64,000 nt of DNA from Candidatus Bathyarchaeia archaeon (GTDB taxonomy: Archaea > Thermoproteota > Bathyarchaeia > Bathyarchaeales > Bathycorpusculaceae): the NCBI GenBank assembly GCA_050010515.1, contig JBEKKX010000004.1, forward strand, positions 1 through 64,000, written 5' to 3'. The notes beneath the pieces are model-generated. The model worked only from the letters and a program-made list of their open reading frames with translations. It did no database searches and was not told the origin of the DNA. Each line of letters begins with the position of its first letter. Position 1 is the stretch's first letter. This document shows, piece after piece, positions 19,620 through 30,639 of this stretch. A program made the translations under genes and the position numbers.

Positions 19620-19904
19620 TCAAATAAATAACAAAACGATCAGGATCACTGATAAACCAACGATCGCGTAGCTCAATAACTCGTTTCTTCTCAAAGCTTT
19701 TTGGAGCCGTGTTGACAATTGCGAATCATAATTTCCGCCTGACCATGAAGTAGAACCAGAACTCGAAGATGAGTCAGATGAATTCGGTTGAGACTGAAAC
19801 GGTGTAGACGTCTGAGGCTGTGAAGAAACTAAAGAAGCTCCACATTTACCACAAGCAATTGCGCCGTCAGGAACGGTCGCACCACAATAAGGACATACAG
19901 GCAT
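19620..19904 (-). CDS. Zinc-ribbon protein with Ser-rich linker and C-terminal TM helix
   Basis: CPYCG..CGKCG, low-complexity S/Q linker, hydrophobic C-terminus. GGAGGT before ATG 19904. Confidence 0.85.
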   Translation of the reverse strand: MPVCPYCGATVPDGAIACGKCGASLVSSQPQTSTPFQSQPNSSDSSSSSGSTSWSGGNYDSQLSTRLQKALRRNELLSYAIVGLSVILIVLLFI

Positions 19905-20323
19905 GCAAATCAACCTCCATTCCAAATCAATTTACATTAACACGGATAACGTGCTAACATCATTACTTTTAACGGTAATATATAAACGATACTTCCTATT
20001 TTACCCTTCTTCGTTCAAAATTCTTAAGATTCTTAAGAAAGCCGAAAAATGAAAATTGAATAACGGGAAATAGGCTTCCTTGGCAGACCTTAAGGCGTGA
20101 TATAGCCTGATTTTTGGTTAAAACTTGAAAACTGAAGCTTGATTTATGATATTTCGATATTTCCTCTTTCTGCTTCCATGAATCAGCTTGGCATGTGGAT
20201 AGCTAAGCGTTTGGTTATTATTTTTTTGCCTTTTTTGATGGCCAAGAGGCAAACATATTTCATGCTTGAATTGTCCTTGGAATAAATACAGTCTCACTCC
20301 TAACACCCGTGATGATTCAAAAT

Positions 20324-22402
20324 TTAATGTTTCTCTTGTTTTACCCCGAGCTGTTCAAGCATCACCATGAGGCTGTTAGTCGGTGGAAGGCATGTTTGGT
20401 TTTGGCAGACGTATGCAGTTGCTTTGCCTTCGATTTGCTGGTAGCTTAAGCCTGCTTTGCTGGGGTGCTTAAGCGCAAGAACAGTGGATGGTAGATAATG
20501 GCTCCTTAGCGCATTCAGCATATCAAGCGTGTCTTTTTCTTTTAAGTCGCCCACCAAAACTACGGTGGAAGATGACCCGATCAGAAAGTCAAGTGCGGAA
20601 AGGAAGAACGTGTACGCTTCAGGCGCGCCCTCTATTTCTTGTGCGAATGTTTTGGTCATTTGGACTACCATCGTGTCGTATGTGGGTTCGTCTGCTAAGC
20701 GGCTTAGCCATAGCAGATTCCGTAGCGCCACTGAGTTGCCCGAGGGAGTCGCGCCGTCGTACAGTTGCTTGATTTTTGGCATGGCGGCTTCGCTGTTTTT
20801 TGTTTGGTAGAAACCTCCGTTTTTATCGTCCCATAACTTAGTCACCATAGTCTTCGTTAAAGCGGATGCGGCTTGGAGATACCTGTCTTCGAAGGTTGCC
20901 TCGTAGAGCTCGATTAGCCCGTATACGAAGAAGGCGTAGTCGTCTAGGAAGCCTTCCACGGCTGTTTCGCCTTTTGCGTAGCGGTGATAGAGCCCGCCAT
21001 CTCTGCCGCGCATTTGGTTTAGGATGAAGTCAGCAGTTTTCTTTGCAGTTTCAATGTACTTCGCTTCGTTGAGAACGCTGCCGGCTTTTGCCAGGGCTGC
21101 GATCATTAAGCCGTTCCAGTCAGTTAACACTTTATCATCTATTGCTGGAGACACCCGTTTTTTTCTTGCCTCAAAAAGCGCTTCTCTTATGCTGTACAGG
21201 CGGTCGATGAGTTCTTGCAGAGTTAAGCCTTTGTATGGTGCAAGTTCCTCTAAGAGTTCGGCGATGTGGAGTATGTTTTTGCCGTTTGGGTGCCCAGAAG
21301 CCTCAATAAAGTTGCCTTCTGGCTTTAGCCCGTAAATGTGGACTGCCAATTCAGCGTCGGCAGGAGGCAGCGTGTCGAGCACTTCGTCTATGGTCCAGAG
21401 GTAGAATTTGCCTTCTTCGCCTTCTGTGTCCGCATCCTGCGCTGAGTAAAATCCTCCTTGGGGCGCCGCTAAATCGCGCAGGGTGTAGTCCAGGGTTTCT
21501 TTGGCAGCGAGTGCATAGCGTCTAGCGCCTGTTGCCTGAAAAGCTTCTGTGTAAGCTATTGCTATTAGTGCTTGGTCGTAGAGCATTTTTTCAAAGTGAG
21601 GAACCAACCATTTTTTGTCGGTGCTGTATCGGTGGAAACCGAAGCCTAGCTGGTCGTATATGCCGCCTAGGCGCATTTGCGTTAGCGTTTTTTCAACCAT
21701 GGCTAGAGCGTTTTTTTGGTCTGTTTTCGCATAATAGTGTAGTAGGAATAGGAGCGTGTGGGACCTTGGAAATTTGGGTGCTGTACCGAAGCCGCCGTTT
21801 TCGTTGTCAAAGTCCAGTGTTAAGCGATCGTAGGCGTCTTGGAGGGCTTCTTTGCCGAGTTCTTTTTGAGGTGTTCTTTTTTCCATTGCTTCTATGCGGC
21901 TCTTTATGTCTGCTCCCACAATTTCTAATTGCGAGCGCTGCATTTTCCATATTTGCATGACTTGAGGAACAAGATCCAACATGCCAACTAATCCGGCTCG
22001 GCTATGTTTTGGTATGTAGCTTGCGGCGAAAAACGGGTTAAGCTTGGGCGTCATGAGTATGTTGAGTGGCCAGCCGCAGTTTCTGCCCATAGCTTGACAA
22101 ACAGCCATGTATGCAGCGTCTAAGTCGGGCCTTTCTTCACGGTCAACCTTAACGCAGACAAACGATTGGTTTAGCAGGGCAGCGACTTCCTGATCGCTGA
22201 AGCATTCCTCTTCCATGACGTGGCACCAGTGGCAACTGGCGTAACCTATGCTGACGAAAATCGGTTTGTCTTCAGCTTTAGCTTTATCTATGGCTTCTTG
22301 ACCCCACGGAAACCAGTCTACTGGGTTGTAAGCGTGCTGGAGAAGATAGAGGCTTTTTTCATTAATCAACCTGTTTGGCTTGTTTACTTGATTTGGCTGC
22401 AA
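20324..22402 (-). CDS. Thioredoxin-domain protein, YyaL/SPATA20 (DUF255) family
   Basis: [47 protein letters not shown]. Confidence 0.95.
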   Translation of the reverse strand: MQPNQVNKPNRLINEKSLYLLQHAYNPVDWFPWGQEAIDKAKAEDKPIFVSIGYASCHWCHVMEEECFSDQEVAALLNQSFVCVKVDREERPDLDAAYMAVCQAMGRNCGWPLNILMTPKLNPFFAASYIPKHSRAGLVGMLDLVPQVMQIWKMQRSQLEIVGADIKSRIEAMEKRTPQKELGKEALQDAYDRLTLDFDNENGGFGTAPKFPRSHTLLFLLHYYAKTDQKNALAMVEKTLTQMRLGGIYDQLGFGFHRYSTDKKWLVPHFEKMLYDQALIAIAYTEAFQATGARRYALAAKETLDYTLRDLAAPQGGFYSAQDADTEGEEGKFYLWTIDEVLDTLPPADAELAVHIYGLKPEGNFIEASGHPNGKNILHIAELLEELAPYKGLTLQELIDRLYSIREALFEARKKRVSPAIDDKVLTDWNGLMIAALAKAGSVLNEAKYIETAKKTADFILNQMRGRDGGLYHRYAKGETAVEGFLDDYAFFVYGLIELYEATFEDRYLQAASALTKTMVTKLWDDKNGGFYQTKNSEAAMPKIKQLYDGATPSGNSVALRNLLWLSRLADEPTYDTMVVQMTKTFAQEIEGAPEAYTFFLSALDFLIGSSSTVVLVGDLKEKDTLDMLNALRSHYLPSTVLALKHPSKAGLSYQQIEGKATAYVCQNQTCLPPTNSLMVMLEQLGVKQEKH

Positions 22403-22554
22403 AAACTATACCTTCCTGTTACAGTTATTTACTGTGCGCGTTTTTATTAAAGTGTTCGAGTGAGAAAAATCCAGTCTCATGAGGTTTTGAATCTGTACAA
22501 ATGCTCTTAATTGCTGCTTCATAACAGATAAATCAATTCTAGACTGACATATTC

Positions 22555-22743
22555 ATGATTGCTATGAGCAACAATTCGGAAATTCCCTGCTCTGCCTGTC
22601 ATAAGTGGGATGCAAAGGCAAAAAGTTTCTCCTGTAAACCCAACGAATGCAGAAAGCTTTCTGAATGGCTTTTTGATCACGCTCAAATGGAACCTGCGGA
22701 AAACATGCAATTTGCCATAGCCCCAATTCAATACGTAGTTTAA
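22555..22743 (+). CDS. Small Cys-rich hypothetical protein
   Basis: 62 aa with CxxC..C-x4-C. Fills its own intergenic gap. Confidence 0.55.
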   Translation: MIAMSNNSEIPCSACHKWDAKAKSFSCKPNECRKLSEWLFDHAQMEPAENMQFAIAPIQYVV

Positions 22744-22779
22744 AAATTTCCGGTAATCGCTTCTCTTTTACTATTGTTT

Positions 22780-23112
22780 TTATTTTTTTGTTAAGGTTTC
22801 TGGGTCAATTGGATTGAGTTTTCCGTTTTTGCCTATGACATATAATTGAAAGTCGTATTCTTTGCAGTAGTTTTTAAAATCTCTGTATTGTGTTCTGTTG
22901 CCTTCAAAATCTTTTTCATTCACTACTTCACAAATTCGTTTTAAGCAACCTTTATGTGCCAAAACATCCGGAATAACACCGCCGATCTCGGAAGGTTTTT
23001 CCCAGCCTTGGGTGTTCGCCTTTACCAGCCAGTTGTCTTTTTTGAGGTCTTCAGCAATAGTTCTTACGCATTCGTCATGAGTGTTTGGTTCTTCAGATTT
23101 TTTCTTTGTCAC
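22780..23112 (-). CDS. Hypothetical protein, PD-(D/E)XK-like fold suspected
   Basis: H..V..IA, IPDVLA, ICEV pattern. AGGTG SD. Confidence 0.65.
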   Translation of the reverse strand: MTKKKSEEPNTHDECVRTIAEDLKKDNWLVKANTQGWEKPSEIGGVIPDVLAHKGCLKRICEVVNEKDFEGNRTQYRDFKNYCKEYDFQLYVIGKNGKLNPIDPETLTKK

Positions 23113-23512
23113 TGTCTACACCTATTGATTGTTGTTGTAAGTGTTTATTTAAAGATTTAAACAGCCAACTTGCCTTTTTCTGAATTAAGCTGCAAAAAGG
23201 GATCTTCCTACTTCCATAATGAGCCTGCTGTTTGTTAAACTGTAATGGCAAGAAAATTCAAGGGCCGACTAAATTTTGTTCTGGTTGTTTTAGGTTAATT
23301 TTGGGGCAGGGCTTGAATGTTTGCAGGTTGAGTTTAGATTTGTCTCTATGCGTCACTGGGCGTCACTACGCGTCAAGGGGCCTCAAAGAATCCTACATGC
23401 CGATAAAGAGAAGCAGTCTGGAGAAAAATAATTTATCAATAAACATTATTCGGTTTCAGGATAAGTCAGTGCGCTTATTAATTTGTTTCTGGGATTATTA
23501 TGATGAGGAAAG

Positions 23513-24550
23513 TTGTCGCTTCTGGATAAAAAACTCGTGGTCGTGGGGGCGGGCGCCATTGGGTCAAGCGTGGCTGGGTGGATCGCGCCTCACTATGAAG
23601 GGTTATGGTTGTTAGCTCGAGGCGAAAGCACAGCAGCAATTAAAAGCCAAGGGTTGAAATTTTACCTTAAAGGTGAAGAGGCTAAGGCTGTTCCTATCTC
23701 AGTCAAGGTCATCGAGTCTTTAAGTGAAATCTCCCTTCCTGACATAATAATTGTCGCCGTGAAAAACTATGACCTTGACGCGACGGCGCGGATGTTGCGG
23801 GAACAGCTTGGGTCTCATCAGCCAATCATTGTGGCGCTGCAGAATGGTGTGGAAAATCAGCGGGTTCTTCCCAAATATTTTACGAAGGTCATTTATGGCG
23901 TGGTGTGTTTCAATGCGTGGCGGGATGGTCCGGGAAAGGTGGGACACCAGAAGCATGGATATATAATTCTGGGCACTCCTGCGAATGATTTACAGTCTGA
24001 GCAGCGGGAGGTTGCAGCTATTCTTCGGCTTGGATTGGATTGTTCGCTCACGGACCGTTTGGAAGATGCGGTTCACTGTAAGTTGGCGGTTAACCTTACG
24101 AATGTTTTGACCACTCTTGTCGGTTTCCCGAACGTCCCTGACAGGTCCTTCAGTGAGATTGCACAAATGTCGGCAAGAATTATTTGGGAAGGGATTCAGG
24201 TTCTTCAGGCAGCGGGGTTCAAGGAGCATAAGCTTGGCAGTATCCCTTCTTGGAATACGATTAGAATGAGCGTTAGGCTTCCAGCATCAGTCATCAAAGT
24301 TTTTTACAGATTCACTGTGCGGGAAGAACTCGGCATGAATAGCACGGCGCAGGACATTTTCGCGGGGAAAGCCACTACTGAACTTGAATCTCTAAATGGG
24401 TACATGTTGAGTCTTGCCCAGAAAGTGGGAGTGCAAATGCCCATCAACCAGACCATTTATGAAATCGCGAAGGAACGGTTTGGTCCGGATTTCGAGCCGA
24501 TGGCGGAGAAGGAGTTGTGGACTGCGATTCAAAATCTACTTAAACGGTAA
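23513..24550 (+). CDS. panE: Ketopantoate reductase family protein
   Basis: VVGAGAIG, VAVKNYD, LQNGV, KLAVN, STAQD, TELESLNG. Confidence 0.85.
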   Translation: MSLLDKKLVVVGAGAIGSSVAGWIAPHYEGLWLLARGESTAAIKSQGLKFYLKGEEAKAVPISVKVIESLSEISLPDIIIVAVKNYDLDATARMLREQLGSHQPIIVALQNGVENQRVLPKYFTKVIYGVVCFNAWRDGPGKVGHQKHGYIILGTPANDLQSEQREVAAILRLGLDCSLTDRLEDAVHCKLAVNLTNVLTTLVGFPNVPDRSFSEIAQMSARIIWEGIQVLQAAGFKEHKLGSIPSWNTIRMSVRLPASVIKVFYRFTVREELGMNSTAQDIFAGKATTELESLNGYMLSLAQKVGVQMPINQTIYEIAKERFGPDFEPMAEKELWTAIQNLLKR

Positions 24551-24751
24551 GGCAGCGTCTGATCACTTGTATTGCGAGGGCTCCGAATATTAAGTAACTT
24601 GCTATCAAGTAGCCGAGTATGTCGCCGGTGCACAGTGATGTTAATAGCGTCTTCACTTCTTATCTATTGCAGATTACAATCATCATTGGCATAATCGAAT
24701 TCAGGCAAAGTGTTCAATTCACGCTTAACGTCTTTGGAGAACTCTTTTGAT

Positions 24752-27022
24752 CTATCGTTTCCTGGGTATGTCGAATTCGAATCTTGCGCCTTTTCCAAGG
24801 TCGCCTGTCTCTTTGACTGCCCATCCGTAGATGTCGCAGGTTCTTTTTATCAGGTATAGGCCAAAGCCGGTGCCGTGTCCGAAGCCTTTTACGAACAAGT
24901 GCGTTTTGGCTTCTTCATCTATGCCTCCGCCGTCGTCTTCGTAGATGATTCTTTCGGATCCGTCTTTTTCTTTGCGGTGGTAGACTTTTATCTGGGTTAG
25001 GTTTTTGCCGTATTTGAGCGAGTTGTCGATTAGGTTGTGGAACACGGTTGTCAGCATAGAGTCAGCAAGTATGTTGAAGCCTCTGCATTCGTTAGTTATT
25101 TTGGCGCCTTTGAGTTCGCTGAAGAGAGAGGCTGCTTGGTCAATCGCTTTTCCCACGTCTGTCAGGGTGCGTTGCTCGCTTCCTAGTGATTCGTAGTTTT
25201 TGGCGAACTCGAGTATGCAGGTAATGTTTGTGACTGCTAGGCTAATCTGGTTTAGATATTGGTTTATTTTCGGGTCGCTGCCTGCGTGCTTCTTGACTAG
25301 GTAGGCATTTCCTTCGATGGTCATCAGTTTGTTGCGGACGTCGTGCCGGGTGAAGCTTCCGATTACGCTGAGCTTTTCGTTAAGCATTTCTGAGTGCTTG
25401 AGTGCTGCTTCAATCTTCTCCTCTGCGGCGACTTCGTTCGTCATGTCTTTGTAAACAGTCACGCTTCCGATTCTTTTGTCACCGACCGAAACGGAGGCTA
25501 AAGAGACAAACACCTGCAGCGTCGAACCGTCTTTGCGTTTTCTCTTTGATTGAAAACTCACTGCGTGGCTACCGCTTTTTTCGATGTTGTTCTGCATTTC
25601 CTGTTTTAGTTCTTCGGGAACAAGAATATCTATCAGGTTTTTGCCTCGGACCTCCTCTGGCGTGAACCCGAAGACTTCAGTGAATTTGGGGTTAATGCTG
25701 ATAACGCAGAAGTTTTCGTCAGAGTATGCAACCGCTTGGGGGTTTGAATTAAACAAGGCCTTGAATTCTTCCCGACTTTCCCTGAGCTCTTTTTCTCTTT
25801 GTTTTTTCTCAGTTATGTCCACGCAGATTTCTGAGGCTGCTGTGATGTTTCCGTTTTTGTTTCTGATTGGGGAAGCGACGATTTCAACCCAGTAAGGTCG
25901 GCCTTCGAGTGTTGTGGAGAAGTATTCGTGTGAATCTACTTCAGTTTTTCCGGCGAAGATTTTTGCGACGCCGCAGTCTGAGCAGGGTGCGTTCAGAGTG
26001 TTCAGGACAGTGTAGCACAGTTTTCCAATTGAATCTCCCTTGTACTCACGGATAAAGTTGTTCGCGTATATTATGTGATAGTCTTTGCTGATGATTACAA
26101 AGCCCGCGCCGATGCTTTGAGTCAGCGCCTCAAGCATGTCTCGGTCTTCTCGGACTTTTTCTTCCATTTTCTTGCGCTCGGTGATGTCTTCAAGTTCCAT
26201 TATGAAAAGAGAGATTTTGCCGTCTTTATCTCGTAATGCGCTTGCGTTGAGCTTTCCGTAAATTATGCTTCCGTCTTTTCTTATGTAACGTTTCTCTAAG
26301 CTGAAGGTAGGGATTCTTCCTGCTTTCAGATTTTCCACTTTGGCGACATTTTCTGAGAGGTCGTCAGGATGGGTGATTTCACTGAAAGTTAGGTTTCGTA
26401 GTTCGTCTTGCGTGTATCCGAGTATTTTGCAGAATGTGGCGTTTGCGGTCTCAAAAAGTTTGCTGGCGGAATGTGAAGCGGCAATCCCGATTGGAGCGTT
26501 CATGATTACGGCTTCTAATTGTTTCTCGCTGTAGTTGAGAGCGGACTTCGCCTGTTTCTTTTCAACGCTCTGACGGATGTAATGGGTCAGTTCGCCGTAA
26601 ACCGTCTCGGGGTTTCCCTGTTTGTTTACGTACCCGTCTGCTCCGAGATTTAGCGCTTTGATGACTATTTCCTCTCTGCCTTTTCCAGTTAACAGTATGA
26701 ATGGAATTTCTGTTTTTTGTTCTCTGAGTTCCATGAGGAAATCTAGCCCGTTTTTAATGGGCATTTCGTAATCTGATACGATTGCGTCGTACGATGCGGA
26801 TTCCATTTTAGTGCAGGCTTCCTCGACAGATTCGGCAGTGTCAACTTCGAAACTGCTTTCCAACGATAGGATCTGCTTAGAAACCTCTAGGAAAGAGGCA
26901 TCATCGTCAACATATAGGATGTGCAGGCGTTTTTGTTTGACTTCACCTAAGTTAAGTTCTATTTGGGGTAACGGAATAACTGAGGGGGAAATCTCTTTGT
27001 GCTTCGCTGGTGCTTTTTCCAT
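24752..27022 (-). CDS. Hybrid sensor kinase: REC-PAS-PAS-PAS-HisKA-HATPase
   Basis: LYVDDD/SDYEMP receiver, three PAS/PAC repeats, RHDVRNKL H-box, NLIDNSLKY, EDDGGG, GTGFGL. Confidence 0.93.
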   Translation of the reverse strand: MEKAPAKHKEISPSVIPLPQIELNLGEVKQKRLHILYVDDDASFLEVSKQILSLESSFEVDTAESVEEACTKMESASYDAIVSDYEMPIKNGLDFLMELREQKTEIPFILLTGKGREEIVIKALNLGADGYVNKQGNPETVYGELTHYIRQSVEKKQAKSALNYSEKQLEAVIMNAPIGIAASHSASKLFETANATFCKILGYTQDELRNLTFSEITHPDDLSENVAKVENLKAGRIPTFSLEKRYIRKDGSIIYGKLNASALRDKDGKISLFIMELEDITERKKMEEKVREDRDMLEALTQSIGAGFVIISKDYHIIYANNFIREYKGDSIGKLCYTVLNTLNAPCSDCGVAKIFAGKTEVDSHEYFSTTLEGRPYWVEIVASPIRNKNGNITAASEICVDITEKKQREKELRESREEFKALFNSNPQAVAYSDENFCVISINPKFTEVFGFTPEEVRGKNLIDILVPEELKQEMQNNIEKSGSHAVSFQSKRKRKDGSTLQVFVSLASVSVGDKRIGSVTVYKDMTNEVAAEEKIEAALKHSEMLNEKLSVIGSFTRHDVRNKLMTIEGNAYLVKKHAGSDPKINQYLNQISLAVTNITCILEFAKNYESLGSEQRTLTDVGKAIDQAASLFSELKGAKITNECRGFNILADSMLTTVFHNLIDNSLKYGKNLTQIKVYHRKEKDGSERIIYEDDGGGIDEEAKTHLFVKGFGHGTGFGLYLIKRTCDIYGWAVKETGDLGKGARFEFDIPRKR

Positions 27023-27348
27023 AAATCAAGAGTCACTATGAAGAGACTATAAGGATTATTAAGCCGCAATTCTGATTACTAATCATTTTCCAAACAATCG
27101 TGCATTTTATTGATCAAGAATGACATCTGTTCTCGTTTTGACCTCTCAGACAGTGGCAAGGCATCGTCAGTTTTTGTGTCTGCGGGGCTATCCAAAGCAA
27201 CCGAACCATCAACAACGCAGGCTTCTTGTCCACAGTGCTCCTTTATCTTGTGAGTTTTGCGTTATTTTCCAGAATGATAGGCCGCTAGCGCTGCTCTTTG
27301 TTTGGGGTTAAGCTAATATAGTCTGTGAGGGTTACTTGGGGGCAGTGT

Positions 27349-27386
27349 GGTAGTTTCCGTATATAACCTACCTTAAAAAACCCGGG
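27349..27386 (+). promoter_or_regulatory. Candidate preQ1-I-like riboswitch aptamer
   Basis: GGUAG-UUUCCGUAUAUAAC-CUACC-UUAAAAAA-CCCGGG directly 5' of queT. Confidence 0.65.
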
Positions 27387-27395
27387 TTGAATGAA

Positions 27396-27887
27396 ATGAG
27401 ATTAAATACTAAAAAATTAGCAGTTGTTACTGTTTTTGCCGCTTTGTATGCGGTTGGAGTTATTTTTTTGGCGCCGATAAGTTTTGGAGTCTTTCAAGTA
27501 AGGGTAGCTGATGCGCTGTTGCCGCTGTCGATGATTTTTGGGCTCCCAAGTGCGCTGGGCCTTAGTTTGGGCTGCATAGTTTCTAACGTTTATGGCGGGC
27601 TTGGAATAATTGATATTGTTGGCGGTGCAGCTGCAAATCTTGTTGCTTGCACTTTGGCTTGGTATATTGGTCGTAAAGGAAGGGGTGCTCAGCGGTTTCT
27701 GGGAACTGTTGCAGAAACAGTAGCTGTTGCTTTGATTGTTGGAGGATACCTCTCACTGATATTTCAGGTTCCACTTGAAATCAGTCTCTTAGGAGTACTT
27801 ATTGGCGAAACGATAGCGATAAACCTTATAGGCTTCCCCATAGAAGAAGCGATAAGACGGAGCAAAATTTTTAGAAAATACAGCTAG
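27396..27887 (+). CDS. queT: QueT family transporter (7-deazaguanine precursor uptake)
   Basis: AALY..LAPISFGVFQVRVADAL, GLSLGCIVSN, GIIDIVGG, IGETI. Several TM helices. Confidence 0.9.
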   Translation: MRLNTKKLAVVTVFAALYAVGVIFLAPISFGVFQVRVADALLPLSMIFGLPSALGLSLGCIVSNVYGGLGIIDIVGGAAANLVACTLAWYIGRKGRGAQRFLGTVAETVAVALIVGGYLSLIFQVPLEISLLGVLIGETIAINLIGFPIEEAIRRSKIFRKYS

Positions 27888-28217
27888 AAGCTTAATTGTT
27901 CGAGAGAGAAGGGGATTTTGTTCTGTTTGTTTTGGGTTGCTTTTTGTAAAAAGTTATTTAAACGTTTTAATAATCTGAAACATAAAAAAATAGCGCTTGC
28001 GGATTATCGTTTCATTTTATGATACCTTATTTCTTAAACAGAAATGAAGATTATCAAGCAACATACCTGCGTTAAGCAAGTAAAATTTGTCGCGCATACA
28101 TCGTGCCTGTGTTGTGTTGTGGGTTGATATGAATTTGAAATTCACAAAGATTAACTTTAGCAAAAAAGACATTTCGGTTATAAGACGTCTTTAAGCGCTG
28201 AGAAGTGTGATGTTGGT

Positions 28218-29030
28218 TTGTCTGGAGATTTAGCTCAGAGTCCGTTGATAGAGGTTTCTGGGGTTTCTAAGCGATTTGGTTCTTTTTTGGCTTTGGACAA
28301 TTTGAGTTTGCGTGTAATGCCTGGGGAGGTTTTTGGTTTGTTGGGTCCAAATGGCGCTGGGAAGACCACGACCATCAAAGTCATAATGGGATTGGTGGTG
28401 CCGTCTTCTGGTAAGATAAGTGTTTGCGGCTTTGACCCCCTTAGCGGCTCAGTTGAGGTGAAGGCGAGAATTGGTTATGTGGCTGAGAATCCCATTGTAT
28501 ATGAGAGTTTGTCTCCGAGGGATTTTTTTGAGTTTGTTGTGTCAATGCGGAGAATTGATCAGGTTGCTGCTAATCGGATGGTGTCTCGGTTGGCGGATGC
28601 TTTTGATTTGGCGCAATATTTTGATTCGCCGATAGCGACTTTGTCGATGGGGCTTAAGCAGAAGGTGGCTTTGATTGCTTCGTTTATCCATCAGCCGCCT
28701 ATTTTGCTTTTGGATGAGCCTTTGAATGGATTGGACGCTAGGAGTAGTCGAATTGTGAAGGATTTGGTGTCTTTGCACGCCCAAAGGGGTGGGGCAGTTT
28801 TGTTTTCTACGCACATAATGGAGATTGCCGAGCACGTCTGTACGAGGATTGGAATTATTGATCATGGTAAGGTGATTGCTGAGGGAACGCTTGAGCAGTT
28901 GAGGAGTAAAACTGAGGGCAAGAGCTCCTCTTTGGAGGAGGTTTTTTTGAAGTTGACTAATGAGGAAGCTGCGGTTGCTGATACAGCGAGGATGCTTAGG
29001 GAGGCATTCCTTGGGAATGAAACTCACTGA
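28218..29030 (+). CDS. ABC transporter ATP-binding protein (ABC-2 exporter type)
   Basis: GPNGAGKT, LSMGLKQK, LLLDEP, STH, SLEEVFL. Confidence 0.95.
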   Translation: MSGDLAQSPLIEVSGVSKRFGSFLALDNLSLRVMPGEVFGLLGPNGAGKTTTIKVIMGLVVPSSGKISVCGFDPLSGSVEVKARIGYVAENPIVYESLSPRDFFEFVVSMRRIDQVAANRMVSRLADAFDLAQYFDSPIATLSMGLKQKVALIASFIHQPPILLLDEPLNGLDARSSRIVKDLVSLHAQRGGAVLFSTHIMEIAEHVCTRIGIIDHGKVIAEGTLEQLRSKTEGKSSSLEEVFLKLTNEEAAVADTARMLREAFLGNETH

Positions 29031-30639
29031 AGCTTGGCGCTTAAGCAAACTGCCGTATAGAGAAGTGGTGTACAGGTCATTAGCGCAGGAAAGGGGTCGT
29101 ATGTGGTGGGGGGCTTTTGGAAGAAATCCCTCTGACAGAGACGCATATGAAGACGTTGAGTTAAGCAAAAGAGCGTTACGGATCGCTAAGTTTGACAAAC
29201 TGGTAGTTGCGGTGTTTAATCTTATAGTTTCGGTGGTTCCTTTTGCGTCGCTTTTACTGGGTTCTACAGCGCTGGGTTTGACCAGTTCGGTTTCTCTGAG
29301 TTTAATCATTACGTTTGGGTTTATGACTTTGTACGCAATTCAGACACTTTCTTCTTTTGTTAGCGCGGAGTCCTCAGCGTTGCTTTCTACTCTGCCCATT
29401 ACCTCAAATGACTTTTCATTAGTGACGCTGTTTTCTTTTGTTAGGTCTGTAGATTACCTAGTGGTTGGTTCTGTTTTGAGTCAGGTTGTTTTAGTGGCTT
29501 ACCTCACATTGTCCCCTGTAGCTACTGCGCTGATGTTTGGTGCTTCTTTGATGAATTCGGTTTTTGCTGTCGCCGTTGCACTTTGGTTTTCGAGAGTTTT
29601 CCACAAGAACTACTTGCGTGGCGGAAGATCGAAGCGTACCACCCTATTTCGGGGTTTTTTCGTCTTGGTTTGGGGATGCTTGCTTCTGGGGGTAGGTTTA
29701 CTTTTGAGCATGCCTTATTATGTTCTTCCTGTTTTGGACAAGGCGTTGCTTAGCGTTAACACTTTATCTGGTATTCTGCTTAGTTTTGTCTATCCGTTCT
29801 CGGCTGGCCTAGCCATCGCAAAATTGTCTGGTTCCAGTGTGCCCCTCGTTACTGTGTTTGGGGCATCGGTTGCTATGGCAGCTTATGCATTAGCAGCTTG
29901 GTTTTCGGCTAAGTGGAGTTTAGGCACGGTGAAGCGCATTTCTATAGGTGCGGGTGTGAGAATTGACAGATTGAGAGCCGTGGATTTCCAGATTAAGGCG
30001 CGCGGTCCTTTGCGAGGCTACGTCACGAAAGATTTACGGGTCACTTCGAGGAACCCAGCCACTGCATTCTTTTTTGCGCTTCCTGTTTTTGAGACGGTGA
30101 TTGTGGCGTTTCTGGCGACGAATTATGAGGTGCTTAGGGCTTCAACGGTAATTGTGGCTACTTCTATGGGTGCTATTTTTACTCTGTTAGTTCCTCTTGC
30201 TCTTGTGAGTTCTGAGGGGAAGGAGATTGAATATGCTAAGACTTTGCCGATTACTCCCCAAAGAATGGTGTCTTCTAAAGCTCTAATAACGATGGCGACC
30301 TACGTTCCAGTACCTTTTGCCCTGGTTTGCCTTGCATTGCTCAAGCCGTTGACCTCATGGTTTACGATTTTGATACCGTTTTTCATGGTAATTTCGGTAG
30401 TTTCTGCAAGCATCTTTGAGATCATGCTTTTTCTGCGCTCTGTTGGCAGAAGTAAAATAGCGGGGATAGTTAATGATGCGGAAAAGATCTTTGCAGGGCT
30501 TCTCACGATTCTTGTGCCGGAAGCTGCTTACGTGGTGGCTTACCTCATCTTATTTAACCATGCATTTGCAGCTCTGACGATGGGTGGAGTTACACTTGCA
30601 GAACTGTGGATAGCTCTTTACGTGCTTGGGCGTAAATAA
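29017..30639 (+). CDS. ABC-2 type permease, many TM helices
   Basis: Overlaps the ATPase stop. Two halves with LSTLPI / AKTLPI..SK motifs. Confidence 0.85.
   Translation: MKLTEAWRLSKLPYREVVYRSLAQERGRMWWGAFGRNPSDRDAYEDVELSKRALRIAKFDKLVVAVFNLIVSVVPFASLLLGSTALGLTSSVSLSLIITFGFMTLYAIQTLSSFVSAESSALLSTLPITSNDFSLVTLFSFVRSVDYLVVGSVLSQVVLVAYLTLSPVATALMFGASLMNSVFAVAVALWFSRVFHKNYLRGGRSKRTTLFRGFFVLVWGCLLLGVGLLLSMPYYVLPVLDKALLSVNTLSGILLSFVYPFSAGLAIAKLSGSSVPLVTVFGASVAMAAYALAAWFSAKWSLGTVKRISIGAGVRIDRLRAVDFQIKARGPLRGYVTKDLRVTSRNPATAFFFALPVFETVIVAFLATNYEVLRASTVIVATSMGAIFTLLVPLALVSSEGKEIEYAKTLPITPQRMVSSKALITMATYVPVPFALVCLALLKPLTSWFTILIPFFMVISVVSASIFEIMLFLRSVGRSKIAGIVNDAEKIFAGLLTILVPEAAYVVAYLILFNHAFAALTMGGVTLAELWIALYVLGRK

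Noticed and set aside
20021-20039. Palindrome TTCTTAAGA-T-TCTTAAGAA upstream of the zinc-ribbon gene
   Set aside because: AT-rich, single instance, and explicable as a 9-bp tandem duplication.
23350-23375. GCGTCA three times at 10-bp spacing upstream of panE
   Set aside because: Too short to distinguish from chance. Not CRISPR-like.
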